Below are positions 1 to 11,519 of a stretch of 64,000 bases of DNA, in pieces. The position numbers and the translations under genes are program-made. This stretch comes from Chiloscyllium plagiosum (Eukaryota). The stretch covers positions 27,663,566 to 27,727,565 of the forward strand of contig NC_057711.1 of the NCBI RefSeq assembly GCF_004010195.1. The letters run 5' to 3'. Position 1 is the first letter of the stretch; each line of letters begins with the position of its first letter. The notes beneath the pieces were generated by a model. That model was not told the origin of the DNA and did no database searches. It saw only the letters and a program-made list of their open reading frames with translations.

Positions 1-1211
1 GAAAAATTATTTTTCTTATACAAGTATGAGATGGTAGATCATGCCAATTCTCCATTGGATATGCTGCTTGTTCAGCTTTTTAACTTGTCTTTGGAGCTCG
101 ACACCTCCTCCCCCAGTATCTCTTATGCTAACTAATTCCATACTTTGCTTGTGTAAGAATATGCCATCAGATAACTGCCACAGATGTAATGCCTTTAATA
201 AGGTATACTGTATAGAACTTCAGAAACACAAACTGTCATGTCATGTTCTTGGAAATTTTTAAATTTTTTTTCCCTTTTGCATATTCCATTAGAGTTTTAT
301 TATTCACTGTCCCAGTTGATTCTCTAGTGACACCATCTTTGAAAGACCTAGAAAAATGTCATTCTCTTATAAGAGCTAAATAGGGCATTTAAAAAGGTGA
401 ATAAACTGTTATACTGTTGGCATGAACTACTTTCAATCAGTTTGAGTGCTGTAGTACTTTATTCATGGACCAATACAGAAGCAGCAAGTTCAAAGTTATA
501 AATGTTTGACTTTTGTTTTAAAAACAATTGATTTAATTGCTGTAGGAGTAAAAGCCATGCACTTAGATATTTAAGGTGACTGTTTGAAACTATTATCTTT
601 CCTTTGAACTATCTTTTAAACCTAAGGGTACAGTTAGGTTTGGTGAAGAAAGTTGGTGAAGAAAATAAGTGCCACAACTTTAATTGCACTCAAGTACTGT
701 AGTGTGGCACAAGTTCTACCCTTGACCATTTACAGAATTTATTTCAGAACTCATACAAAGGCCAAATACTGTGGATACTGGAAATCTGCACTAAAAATAC
801 TGCAAAACGTATCAGGTCAAGCAGCAACTATGAAGAGAAAAAAGTCATTTTTGACAAAGTCTTGGCAGTTACTTTGGACGAATATGCCTAGTTTTAAGTT
901 TTTTTAAAAAAAATATTATCAATCTTACCATGTGGTGGCACAATTCTGTGTCCACACCACCGCTTTATTCCACGGCTGCCTATTGATCGGTTTGCAGCAT
1001 GCTATAGCCTTTACCTGTCCACTTGACCATCGTATCTAGATTCTTTCTTTTTTTAAAGAATCGTTTTCATCCATTCACCCAACCTTTCCATTTTGTTCGA
1101 CGTTTCAGCTAACCCATAGCTTACTCAATGTGTCTCAGATATCGTGGTCTTTTGTGATAGAGAAAACTTGCACTCCACTTTTGATGGAGTTTAACACATT
1201 TCGTAACAAAA

Positions 1212-1724
1212 AAGGATGTTGTGAAATTGAAAGGGTTCAGAAAAGATTTACAAGGATGTAGCCAGGGTTGGAGGGTTTGGACTCTGAGCTATAGGGAGAG
1301 GCTGAAAACACTGGGGCTATTTTTCCTGGAACATTGGAGGCTGAGGGATGACCATATAGAGGTTTATAAAATCATGAGGGGTGTGGATAGGGTAAATAGA
1401 CAAGGTCTTTTCCCTGGGATGGGGTAGTCCAGAACTAGAGGGCATAGGTTTAAGATGACACAGGCAAGATTTTAAAAAGGACCGAAGGAGCATCTTTTTC
1501 ACGCAGCGGGTGGTGCGTGTATGGAATGAGCTGCCACAGGAAGTGGTGGAGGCTGGTACAATTAGAACATTTAAAAGGCATCTGGATGGAACAGGAATAG
1601 GAAGGGTTCAGAAGGATATTGGCCAAATGCTGGCAAACGGGACTAGATTTATTTAGGATATGTGGTTGGTTTTGACAAGTTGGACCAAAAGGTTTTGTTT
1701 CTGTGCTGTATATCTCTGACTCTA
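1212..1724 (+). mobile_element. CR1/HER1-like LINE, 3' fragment
   Basis: Encodes LSYRERLKTLGLFFLEHWRLRDDHIEVYKIMRGVDRV, the typical CR1 ORF2 C-terminus, followed by the CR1 3'UTR ending in ...ctgtgctgtatatctctgactcta. Confidence 0.9.
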
Positions 1725-2499
1725 TTTATTATAGCTTAATGCTGTCATATGTTTGAATTGAGGATGCAGGAGTTGTGCTGACTTAAATATCAAGACATTG
1801 GATGGATAAAGGATTTCTTGGAGACTCAGTTGGAGTTACCTTGCAGTAACTAAGATGTAACTTCAGTATTGCTTGAAAATCTGAACAAGCTGAAAGCATG
1901 TTGATATATGTACGCTGATTCCATTGCGACAAAGCTAGTATTTTATGGATGAATAGCTTACAGATATATTTCATTTTATTGCAGTATAGTCAATGATTGT
2001 ATGCCCCAGATTTTGGTTGATCTGTAAATTCATATGACTGAAAATCCTTATTTTGTAGGTAATTTCAATGCAGAAGTAATTGCTTCATCATAGAGTAGGT
2101 TGTGGAGTTTAATAGCTGAAAAGTTTTTACAACCTGAACTTCATGGTACAAACCTTGAGTCTAAAGGTCCCGCTGTAGAAGTTAGGCATGTAATGTTAAG
2201 TGCAGCTGCATTGTTGGTGTGTTGACTAACTACTCTTTGAAGTGGACATGCAGATATTCATGGCACTATTTGAAGATTGTGGCCGTTTTCTCTACATTTA
2301 TTCTTTAAGGAACACTATTTTTAAAAAAATATATTCATCTCATTGGTATCTCTGGGACATTGTGTAATGCAGGTTGAATTAGTGCAGATACATTTCATTC
2401 TTTTTGCTTTTGGAAGAGTTGCTTCATTTTTGGCAATTGTAATCATGAGTTGACAAGAGTGACAAACCACTGCTGTTTTGAAATTCATTAAATGAGGTC

Positions 2500-2593
2500 A
2501 TTCCTGATAAAGAGCTTTTGCCCAAAATGTCAATTTTCCTGCTCAGATGCTGCCTGACCTGCTGAGCTTTTCCAGCACCACTCTAATCTTGAC
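2500..2593 (+). repeat. PLE-derived hammerhead-bearing short repeat, decayed core
   Basis: ttcCTGATAAagagcttttgcccAAAATGTC followed by the family body gatgctgcctgacctgctgagcttttccagcacc; core positions are mutated. Confidence 0.8.
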
Positions 2594-2779
2594 CACACAG
2601 ATTTAAGGTGTCTGGTAGAAATATTAGAGGAGATATGAGGAAAAATGCTTTCAACCAGAATATGCTAAGTGTCTGGAATTTGCTGACCTGTTTGATGTTG
2701 AGGTTGAGGACCCTCAACTCATTTTAAAACAAACCTGGATCTATACTTGAAATATATTATAAGACAATGGACCAGGATA

Positions 2780-4730
2780 TTTTTTATTCATTTGTGGGAT
2801 TTTGATTTTGCCGGTTGGGGTCAGCATTTACTGCCCATCCCTGACTAGTGTTAAAAAGGCATTGATGAGCTGCCTCCTGACCTGCTTCAGTTGGTTTATT
2901 GTAGGTGGACCCACAATGCCATTACGGAGGGAGTTCCAGGACTTTTGCCCAGCAAAAGACAACGAAAGGCGAGTTGATTCTAAGTAAGGATGGTTGGGTG
3001 ACTGGGAGAACTTGCTGGTTCCCATGCATCAGCTGCTCTTGCCCTTCTAGGTGGAAGTGGTCATGGTTTTGAAAGGTGTTACCTGAGGAGTCTTGCTGAA
3101 TTTCTGCAGTGCATCTTGTAGATGCTACACATTGCTGTTGCTATACATTGGGGATGGAGAATGTGAATGGCACATCCACATATAACCAAGTTGGCTGGCT
3201 TTTCTTCCATGGTGCCAAGCTTCTTGAGTGTTAGAACATAGAACATAGAAGAATACAGCGCAGTACAGGCCCTTTGGCCCTCGATGTTGCGCCGATCCAA
3301 GCCCACCTAACCTATACTAACCCACTATCCTCCATATACCTATCCAATGCCCGCTTAAATGCCCATAAAGAGGGAGAGTCCACCACTGCTGCTGGCAGGG
3401 CATTCCATGAACTTACGACTCGCTGAGTGAAGAACCTACCCCTAACTTCAGTCCTATATCTACCCCCCCTTAATTTAAAGCTGATCTCCAGCATCTGCAG
3501 ACCTCACTTTCTCCTCGACCAAAACTGCACACAATACTCCAGATGTGGCCGCACCAGAGTCTTATACAACTGCAACATTACCTCAGTACTCCGGAACTCA
3601 ATTCCTCTACCAATAAAAGCCAGTACGCCATATGCCTTCTTCACTGCACTATTTACCTGGGTGGCAACTTTCAGAGATCTGTGTACATGGACACCAAGAT
3701 CCCTCTGCTCATCCACACTACCAAGTATCCGACCATTAGCCCCGTACCCCATCTTTTTGTTATTCTTCCCCAAGTGAATCACCTCGCACTTAGCTACATT
3801 GAATTCCATTTGCCACCTTTCTGCCCAGCTCTGCAGCTTCTCTATATCCTGCTGTAACCTGCTACATCCTTCCTCACTGTCAACAACTCCTCCGACTTTT
3901 GTGTCATCCGCAAACTTGCTCACCCAACCTTCTAGCCCCTCTTCCAGGTCATTTATAAAAATGACAAACAGCAATGGTCCCAAAACAGATCCTTGCGGAA
4001 CACCGCTAGTGACGGCACTCCATGAAGAAACTTTGCCATCAACTACTACCCTCTGTCTTCTTCCATCCAGCCAATTCCTAATCCAAACCTCCAACTCACC
4101 CTCAATGCCATATCTCCGTATTTTCTGCAGTAGCCTACTATGGGGAACCTTATCAAACGCCTTACTAAAATCCATATATACCACATCTACCGCTTTCCCC
4201 TCATCAACCTCTTTCGTCACCTTTTCAAAGAATTCAATAAGGTTTGTGAGGCACGACCTGCCCTTCACAAAACCATGCTGACTATCCTTGATCACATTAT
4301 TCCTATCCAGATGTGCATAAATCCTATCCCTTACAATTCTCTCTAAGACTTTGCCCACAACAGAAGTGAGACTCACCGGCCTATAGTTACTAGGGTTATC
4401 CCTACTCCCCTTTTTGAACAAGGGAGCTGTTGTTAAGAGCTGCATTTCCAAGCAAGTGAGGGGTGTTCCAGCATTCTGACTTTTACTTTGTAGAGCATGG
4501 ACTAGCTTTTGGGAGTCAGAAGGCAACTTACTTTCTGCTGGATTCCTAACCTTCTGTCCTGTTCTTGTAGCCATTGTATTTATTTGGCCAGTCCAGTTCA
4601 GTTTCTGGTCAATGGTAAGCCCCACAATGCTGATAGTGGGGGGAATTCTGCGATAATAACACCATTGAATACTATGGAGTGGTTAGATTCTTTTTTTATT
4701 GGAGATAGACGTTACCTGACACTTGTGTAG
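2780..4730 (-). mobile_element. Older CR1/L2-group LINE 3' part, split by a young CR1 (pieces about 2780-3232 and 4427-4730)
   Basis: Minus strand reads GLTIDQKLNWTGQINTMATRTGQ (post-RT domain); 3' tail gggatgggcagtaaatgctg...atgaataaaaaa; sequence resumes across the 3233-4426 insertion. Confidence 0.7.
3233..4426 (-). mobile_element. Young 5'-truncated CR1 LINE with an uninterrupted RT domain
   Basis: About 300 open codons: NYRPVSLTSVVGK, QHGFVKGRSCLTNL, YMDFSKAFDKVPH, SGVPQGSVLGPLLF, SKFADDTK; (TTCTATG)n-type tail at 3233-3250. Confidence 0.95.
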
Positions 4731-4988
4731 CCTTAAAAATTAAGCCTGTTCATAGTTTTATGTTGGATAGCTAGTTCAGAGCACTATTCATTTTAATTAT
4801 CTTAAAAGGGAATCCGTTTCAACTGCACTTAATAATCGACAATCCCCAAAATCTACAATACTGTCATAAGTCTGGATAAATCATGTACTCCTAGATGCAT
4901 TCAAAATATACACATTCTCAAATGAACAGTTTATCTATGAACAGTCCCTGGTCAAAATTTAATGCATTTCAAAACAGCAGTGGTTGTT

Positions 4989-5083
4989 TCCAGATGAAGG
5001 GGTTTTGTCCGAAATGTTTATTTTCCCCGCTCCCCGGATGTTTCCAGCACCACTCTTATCTCCAGCATCTGCAGTATTCTGTC
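4989..5083 (+). repeat. PLE-derived hammerhead-bearing short repeat, decayed
   Basis: cCAGATGAaggggttttgtccGAAAtgtt...ttccagcaccactcttatctccagcatctgcag. Confidence 0.7.
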
Positions 5084-5084
5084 C

Positions 5085-6510
5085 ACTTTAAATGTGTGTC
5101 CTTTGATAATTGACCTCTCAGCTATGAGAAACATTTTCTCTGACTATACTGTGCAAGCTGTTCAATACCTTATACACCTCAGTTAAGTCACCCTCCGCTT
5201 TCTCTGTTCTAAGGAAAACAATCTAGCCAATCAGTCTTTCCCTCTTTTTTTGTCACTGTTTGAAATTTACTGCTTTCTTGGCAATCTCCTCTGTACTGTA
5301 AAGCAAGCATGTCCTTCCTATAATGTGGCGATCAGAATTGTATGACAAATTCCAGCTGTGGTCTAGCCAGTGACTTGTATAATTCCAGCTCTATATTCCT
5401 GCTTTTGTACTCAACAATTCATCTGGTGTAAGAAAACATTCCACATGACTTCTTTAACATGTGGAAGTCATGTTAAACTGATCCTGTCACTTTCAGAGAC
5501 ATACAGTCCAAGATCTCTCTCCATCTCTACCCTTTTCAATATCCTTCTGTTTATTGTGTATTCCCTTGCTTTGTTTGCCCATGCCCATTGCATAATCATG
5601 TTCTTCTCTGGGTTGAATTTTATTGGCCATTTTTTTCACCTATTGATTGTACTATTGATATTTTCCTGCAGTTGACATAATGTTAACTTCTTCACACTCA
5701 ATTGCATGGCCAAGTTTTGTCGTCTTCTGCCTGTTTTTCAATTGTATCTCCCAGATTCAAGTCTAAGTCATTGAAATATATCACAAATAGCAAGTGACCG
5801 ATCTGTGAGCCCTGTAGACACCCTTGGAAATTGCTTTCTATTCACACAAACATCTAGAACATAGAACATAGAACAATACAGCACAGAACAGGCCTTTCGG
5901 CCCACGATGTTGTGCCGAACATTTGTCCTAGCTTAAGCAGTTGAAACTTTATTGCTGGAACAGCACAGCAGGTCAGGCAGCATCCAGGGAACAGGAGCAC
6001 AGAACAGGCCCTTCGTCCCACGTTGTTGTGCCGAACATTTGTCCTAGCTTAAGCACCCATCCATGTACCTATCCAATTGCCGCTTTAAAGGTCACCAATG
6101 ATTCTGACTACCACTCCCACAGGCAGCGCATTCCATGCCCCCACCACTCTCTGGGTAAAGAACCCACCCCTGACATCTACCCTATACCTTCCACCCTTCA
6201 CCATAAATTTATGTCCCCTTGTAACACTCTGTTGTACCCGGGGAAAAAGTTTCTGACTGTCTACTCTATCTATTCCTCTGATCATCTTATAAACCTCTAT
6301 CAAGTCACCCCTCCATCCTTTGCCGTTCCAACGAGAAAAGGCCTAGCACACTCAACCTATCCTTGTACGACCTATTCTCCATTCAGGCAACATCCTGGTA
6401 AATCTTCTCTGCACCCTCTCCAAAGCTTCTGTCGACCATTACCCTTTGTTTTCTCTCACTGAGTCAACTTTAGATCCAGCTTGCAATGTGACGCTGTATC
6501 CCATGTGTGT
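5085..6510 (-). mobile_element. Old degenerate CR1 (about 5085-5855 and 6430-6510) hosting a younger CR1 3' end (5856-6430)
   Basis: Inner piece encodes IEVYKMIRGIDRVDSQKLFPR...TRGHKF...FFTQRVVGAWNALP with an (agaacat)n tail; flanks are collinear decayed CR1 ORF2. Confidence 0.8.
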
Positions 6511-6516
6511 TAATGG

Positions 6517-6620
6517 GAAATGTTGATTTTACTGCTCCTCGGATGCTGCCTGAACTGCTGTGCTCTTCCAGCACCACTAATCCAGAATCTGGCTTCCAGC
6601 ATCTGCAGTCGTTGTTTTCA
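6517..6620 (+). repeat. PLE-derived short repeat, starts at the GAAA half of the hammerhead core
   Basis: gaaatgttgattttactgctcctcggatgctgcctgaactgctgtgctcttccagcacc...ccagcatctgcagtc. Confidence 0.8.
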
Positions 6621-7272
6621 GTTTGTTAATTTCTGAGGTTGGTCTGCCATCTGGGACTGTGGTACCTTTATTTTTTTTTAAAAAAGTGTGCAAAATAAAT
6701 GACAGGCTTTGGATATTCAAGGCATCATCATTTTTACCCATGAGAGAGATTTGGATGCTCATTTTGCAGATAGTTATAAATGGTGCCCATTAATCTGGGC
6801 TTGTAGTTAAGTTGCAAATTAATATATAGGTAGAATAAGGACAGTAATGCTGAGTAGAACATATAGCATCATTCAAAATTCATATTTCCTCTAAATGTAA
6901 GTTTTAAGGATGTTGTGGGTGGAGAGAAGGGATAAAGCCATGACATAAAGAATTTTAAGTAAAGTGCTTTTCAAACGAGGATTGCTCTGCTTTTTTTCAA
7001 AATGTTTAATACTAGCAGGGTACAGGGCCAGGTCACTCTGAAATAAAGGCAACAAGAAACCTCTCAGAATGAGGAAAGACAATTGACCAATTGAGCTCAT
7101 TCCTCCTTTTTATGTCTGAGGTGGCAAGGGGGAAATCCATCATCTCCATTCTCTCTTCCTGAAAATCACTTTCTTTTTTATTGTTTCTGAGACAATGTGA
7201 AAATTTGTATTTTTTTCAAGCCAATGTCAAAACAGAAAGTATTCCAGTACAACTGATACTGTATGGTATTAG

Positions 7273-7372
7273 GCAAAAGTGAGGACTGCAGTGTTGAGAT
7301 CAAAGTGGTGCTGAAAAAGCTCAGCAGGTCAGGCAGCACCCGAGGAGCAGGAAAATCGACGTTTCGGGCAAA
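7273..7372 (-). repeat. PLE-derived short repeat with half of the hammerhead core
   Basis: Reverse complement reads ttttgcccGAAACGTCgattttcctgctcctcgggtgctgcctgacctgctg. Confidence 0.8.
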
Positions 7373-9371
7373 ATTCTTGTTTTGATTCTCCAAAGGAAAA
7401 CTCTTCTGTTTACAATTATGTATGTGTTTCTTTCCCTACCTCTAATCCCTGGCTGGCCTGAGACAAACATTCATGAAATAAAAGGAAAAGCCTCACCAAT
7501 CAATCTACTTACCCATGTGGGTATGGTTTAAGTACTGTATTGGCATTTCCTGGTGGATGCAAACATACGTGATGTGTTGTTGAAGATGTTAATATAAATG
7601 TTAAATGAGCTGAATTGGATTGGGCTGATCAATTGATCTGGTTAGTCCAGTGCCTAATTTTGCACTTACAAATACGGATGTGAAATTAATACTAGTTCTG
7701 CTGGTTGTATAAGGTAGTTGAGATTAGCAGACACTGCTTTTGTTTCTGAATTTATTCTGGATTCTGGTGCAAGATCAGAACGTTTGAAAATTGTACAGTC
7801 TTTATCTGTGCGATTCATCCTCTTCAGTAATTTATACAGTGCAATATCTGCTTGTAACACAACTAGATAGCTGTGTAAAATATGAGCAAAGAGGCTGTCA
7901 AACTTAGTCCGACTAATAGGTTGTGCATTTATCTGAACAAAGCTAAAACTTAACTTCCTGTTGCAGAATTGCAAACCATGTATGTAGGTAATAATTAGAT
8001 CAAGGCAATATAACATGTCTGATGTTTCAGACATATTTTAGCATTGCTACAGAAATCTGTGAAATCAAGTGATAAATGTGAGTGCACTTGGCATAAAATC
8101 CTCCCACACTGTGTGGTTTGTTGAGAGCTTTATACAACAGTTCAGGAGACTGTTGTGCTGGAATGTTGTTAGATTCTATACATTCTTGTTTTCCATTAGT
8201 AAATTCAATCTGCATGGATGTATCTTAATAGCATGACAGCATCACTGGCTTTGTTTTCTAAAATACAAGAGATTGTTGGCATTAGCAACTCCTGCTGCTC
8301 CTTTTTCTCAGGAAGTAAGTCTGGAATTCTAACTCAATTTACATGATATTTCTCTAGTTTGACTGGAAAAGGGCTCATTGTTGTGGTTACCTGGTAAGTC
8401 TTTTATTAATATTTATTCTTTTTGTGAAAACCACTTCACTAATTCGCAAATGCTTTCTCGATTGGTACCTTACATTGTTGTGGATAATTACAGTTGCCCT
8501 TAGTTTCATAACACATTTTGGTGATGTATAATGCCACGTAATTACTGTGTGAAACTGCTCTCTTTTAAAGAGCCAGTTCCTTACACTTGGTCATTATTTT
8601 GAATGTACCGTTTATTCATTTCTGCATTTGCTCCAGATCTGATTCATCTTTCTTGTCATCACTGCAGTGCAAAAATAAAACATGATATCTGGAAAAAACT
8701 ATTGAAAATAAAATTGGACAAGTGTCTAATTTGACAGAAGAAAATAACTTATTCCATTATAGGGTGCTGTATCATGTCTTAAGGGCATTTCAGAATGATT
8801 TGTATGCAGTGAATTACATTCAGAAATGCAATGATTGTTACATGGGTAGATACAAGTATCATATTGTAAACCGAAAAGTTCCACAGACAGCAATGAGATA
8901 CATGTCTCATATATCTTCTGTGCTGGTTGAGAGACATGGCAAGGAAATTGTGGTAACATGTTATCTTTCTTCGGTGGTGCCATTGAATCTTTAACCTGAG
9001 CTGACATTGGAACCTAAATTTAACATCGGAAAATACAGCGTTTTGTTTGACAGAATACTGCAGGATATGCTAAGATTGGCCTTGGAGTGCAGCCTGAAAC
9101 TATAACCTTCTGGCTCATGTGAAAAGATTGCAGACAGATCCAAGCTGACATTTGGAAAGGTTAAAACAGCCAGTTCATTTTAAAGCTGATGTTGCAACAC
9201 AATTATGCATGGGTTTTTAAAAAAAAAAATTGAAATCTATACCAATACTGTGAGGTCACTTTTCTTTTGGTGCTGGGAAGATAGTACCGATTTAAAAACA
9301 ATTTTCTTTTGTCCTCTTCTACTTTTGCATTCAGTAGGAATGAAAATCTGGTTGTTAAATTGAACATCAAA

Positions 9372-11480
9372 CAGTATGGCACAGGAATAGGCCATTAGGC
9401 CCTCTATTGTTGTGCCAGCCCTGATGCTATTCTAAACTAATTCCATCTGCCCACACACAGTCCATATCCCTCTATTCTCTGTCTGTTCATGTCTGTCTAA
9501 TTGTCACTTAAATGCTGCTATTATATCTGCTTCTACCATCTCCCCTGGTAACGCATTCCAGGCACCTACCACCCTCTTTTTTTTTTTAAAAAAAAAGCTT
9601 TTCTCACCCATCTCCTTTAATCTTTCCCCTTCATCTTAAATCTATGCCCCCTAATATTTGACATTTCCACTTTGGGACAAAGACTTTGAGGTATGTAGAG
9701 ACTTTGAGGTATGTAGAGAAGAGGTGTTGGAAATCCTGGAAAAGGTGAAAATAGATAAGTCCCCTGGGCCTGATGGCATTTATCCTAGGGGAAAGACTGA
9801 GACACTTGGGGCTGTTTTCATTAGAGAAAAGAAGGTTTAGGGGTGACTTGATTGAGGTGTACAAGATGATTAGGGGGTTAGATAGGGTCGACAGTATGAA
9901 CCTTTTCCCGCGTATTGAGTCGGGTATTACAAGGGGGCATAGCTTTAAATTAAGGGGGGGTAGATATAGGACTGATGTTAGGGGTAGGTTCTTCACTCAG
10001 CGAGTCGTTAGTTCATGGAATGCCCTGCCAGTAACAGTGGTGGACTCTCCCTCTTTATGGGCATTTAAGAGGGCATTGGATAGGTATATGGAGGATAGTG
10101 GGTTAGTGTAGTTTAGGTGGGCTTGGATCGGCGCAACATCGAGGGCCCAAGGGCCTGTACTGCGCTGTATTCGTCTATGTTCTATGACTCCAATTATCCA
10201 TCCTACCCATGCCGGTCATAATTTTGTATACTAGTATCAGGCTGTCCCTCAGCCTCTGACACTCTATCAAAAACAATACAAGCTTGTCCAACCTCTTATT
10301 ACAGCCAATACACTATAATCCAGATAGCATCCTATAAAACTCTTCTACACCCTCTCCAAAGCTTCCATGTTCTTCTTAAGTGTGGCAACCAGAACTGTCC
10401 ACAATACTGCAAATGTGGATTAATTAAGGTCTTATAAAGCCGTAACATGTCTTGCAAAATTTTATACTCTAGGTCTTGACCAAAGAAGGTAAGTATACCG
10501 TGTATTGTCTTTACCACCTTATCCAGTTGTGTTGCTACTTTTTCAGAGAGCTATGGAATTCGACCCCAAGATCCCTCAAAATATCAATTCTCTTAAGGGC
10601 CCTGCCATTTACTGTATACTCCCCTCTTGCATTTGATTTTCCAAATGCATCACTTCACACTTGTTGAGATTAAATTCAATCTGCCATTTCTCTGTCCAGA
10701 TTTCCAACTGATCTGTCCTTCTATATCCTTTGACAACCTTCCTCACTATGCCCTGCTCCACCCCCAATTTCTCTTCTGTCTGCAAACTTACTAACCAAAC
10801 CATTTTCATCCAAATCATTAAATATATATTACAAACAGAGGTCCCAGCACTGATCCTTGTGGTCACTGACCTCCAGTCAGCAAAACATCCCTCCATAACT
10901 TCTATGACCAAGCCATTATGTATCCAACTTGCCAACTCACTGTTGATCCCATGCAATTTAATATTATGGAACAACCTACCATGACAAATACTTTATGAAA
11001 AGTCAGTGTAGACAACATCCATTGCCCTACTTTCATCAATCTTCATCACTTCCTCAAAAAACTTAATCAAATTTGAGTCAAGACCTCCCCTACAGAAAGC
11101 TGTATTGACTATCCCTAGTAAGTTTATTTGATCTCCAAATATGAGTGAATCTTATCCTTAAGAATCTTTTCCAATAATTTCCCTGCCACAGGTGTAAGGC
11201 TCACTGCCCTATCATTTCCTGGACATTCCCTGCTGTTTTTCCTAAACAACAGGGAATGTGGGCGGCACGGTGGCACAGTGGTTAGCACTGCTGCCCTTTT
11301 CCAATAATTTCCCTGCCACAGGTGTAAGGCTCACTGCCCTATCATTTCCTGGACATTCCCTGCTGTTTTTCCTAAACAAAAGAATAACTTTGGCTTCTGG
11401 GGCCTCACCTGTGGCTAAAGAGGATACAAAGATGTCTGTAGAGGCTCCAGCGATCTCTTCCCTTGCCTCTTTGAGTATCC
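9372..11480 (-). mobile_element. Degenerate CR1 LINE (RT to 3'UTR) with nested insertions
   Basis: Fragments LRLYKTLINPHLQYCGQFW and QLEIWTEKWQIEFNLNKCEVMH; collinear CR1 sequence interrupted at 9681-10185 and 11250-11379. Confidence 0.85.
9681..10185 (+). mobile_element. Young CR1 piece with a large internal deletion
   Basis: EEVLEILEKVKIDKSPGPDGIYPR is joined directly to ERLRHLGLFSLEKRRFRGDLIEVYK...YMEDSGLV plus 3'UTR; near-identical to 3233-3480. Confidence 0.92.
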
Positions 11481-11519
11481 TGGCTTTGTGTTCCTTGGTT
11501 CGGTTAAATCAAAACTTTA

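Noticed and set aside
2045-2066. Recursive-splice-like AG|GT motifs (ttttgtag|gtaatt; also 53561-53570)
   Set aside because: Expected by chance in 64 kb of U-rich sequence; no independent support
3504-4625. 373-aa ORF as a host gene or intact RT gene
   Set aside because: Chance in-frame fusion of an old LINE piece, a truncated CR1 RT and the orphan PLE tail; it has no endonuclease and no true start
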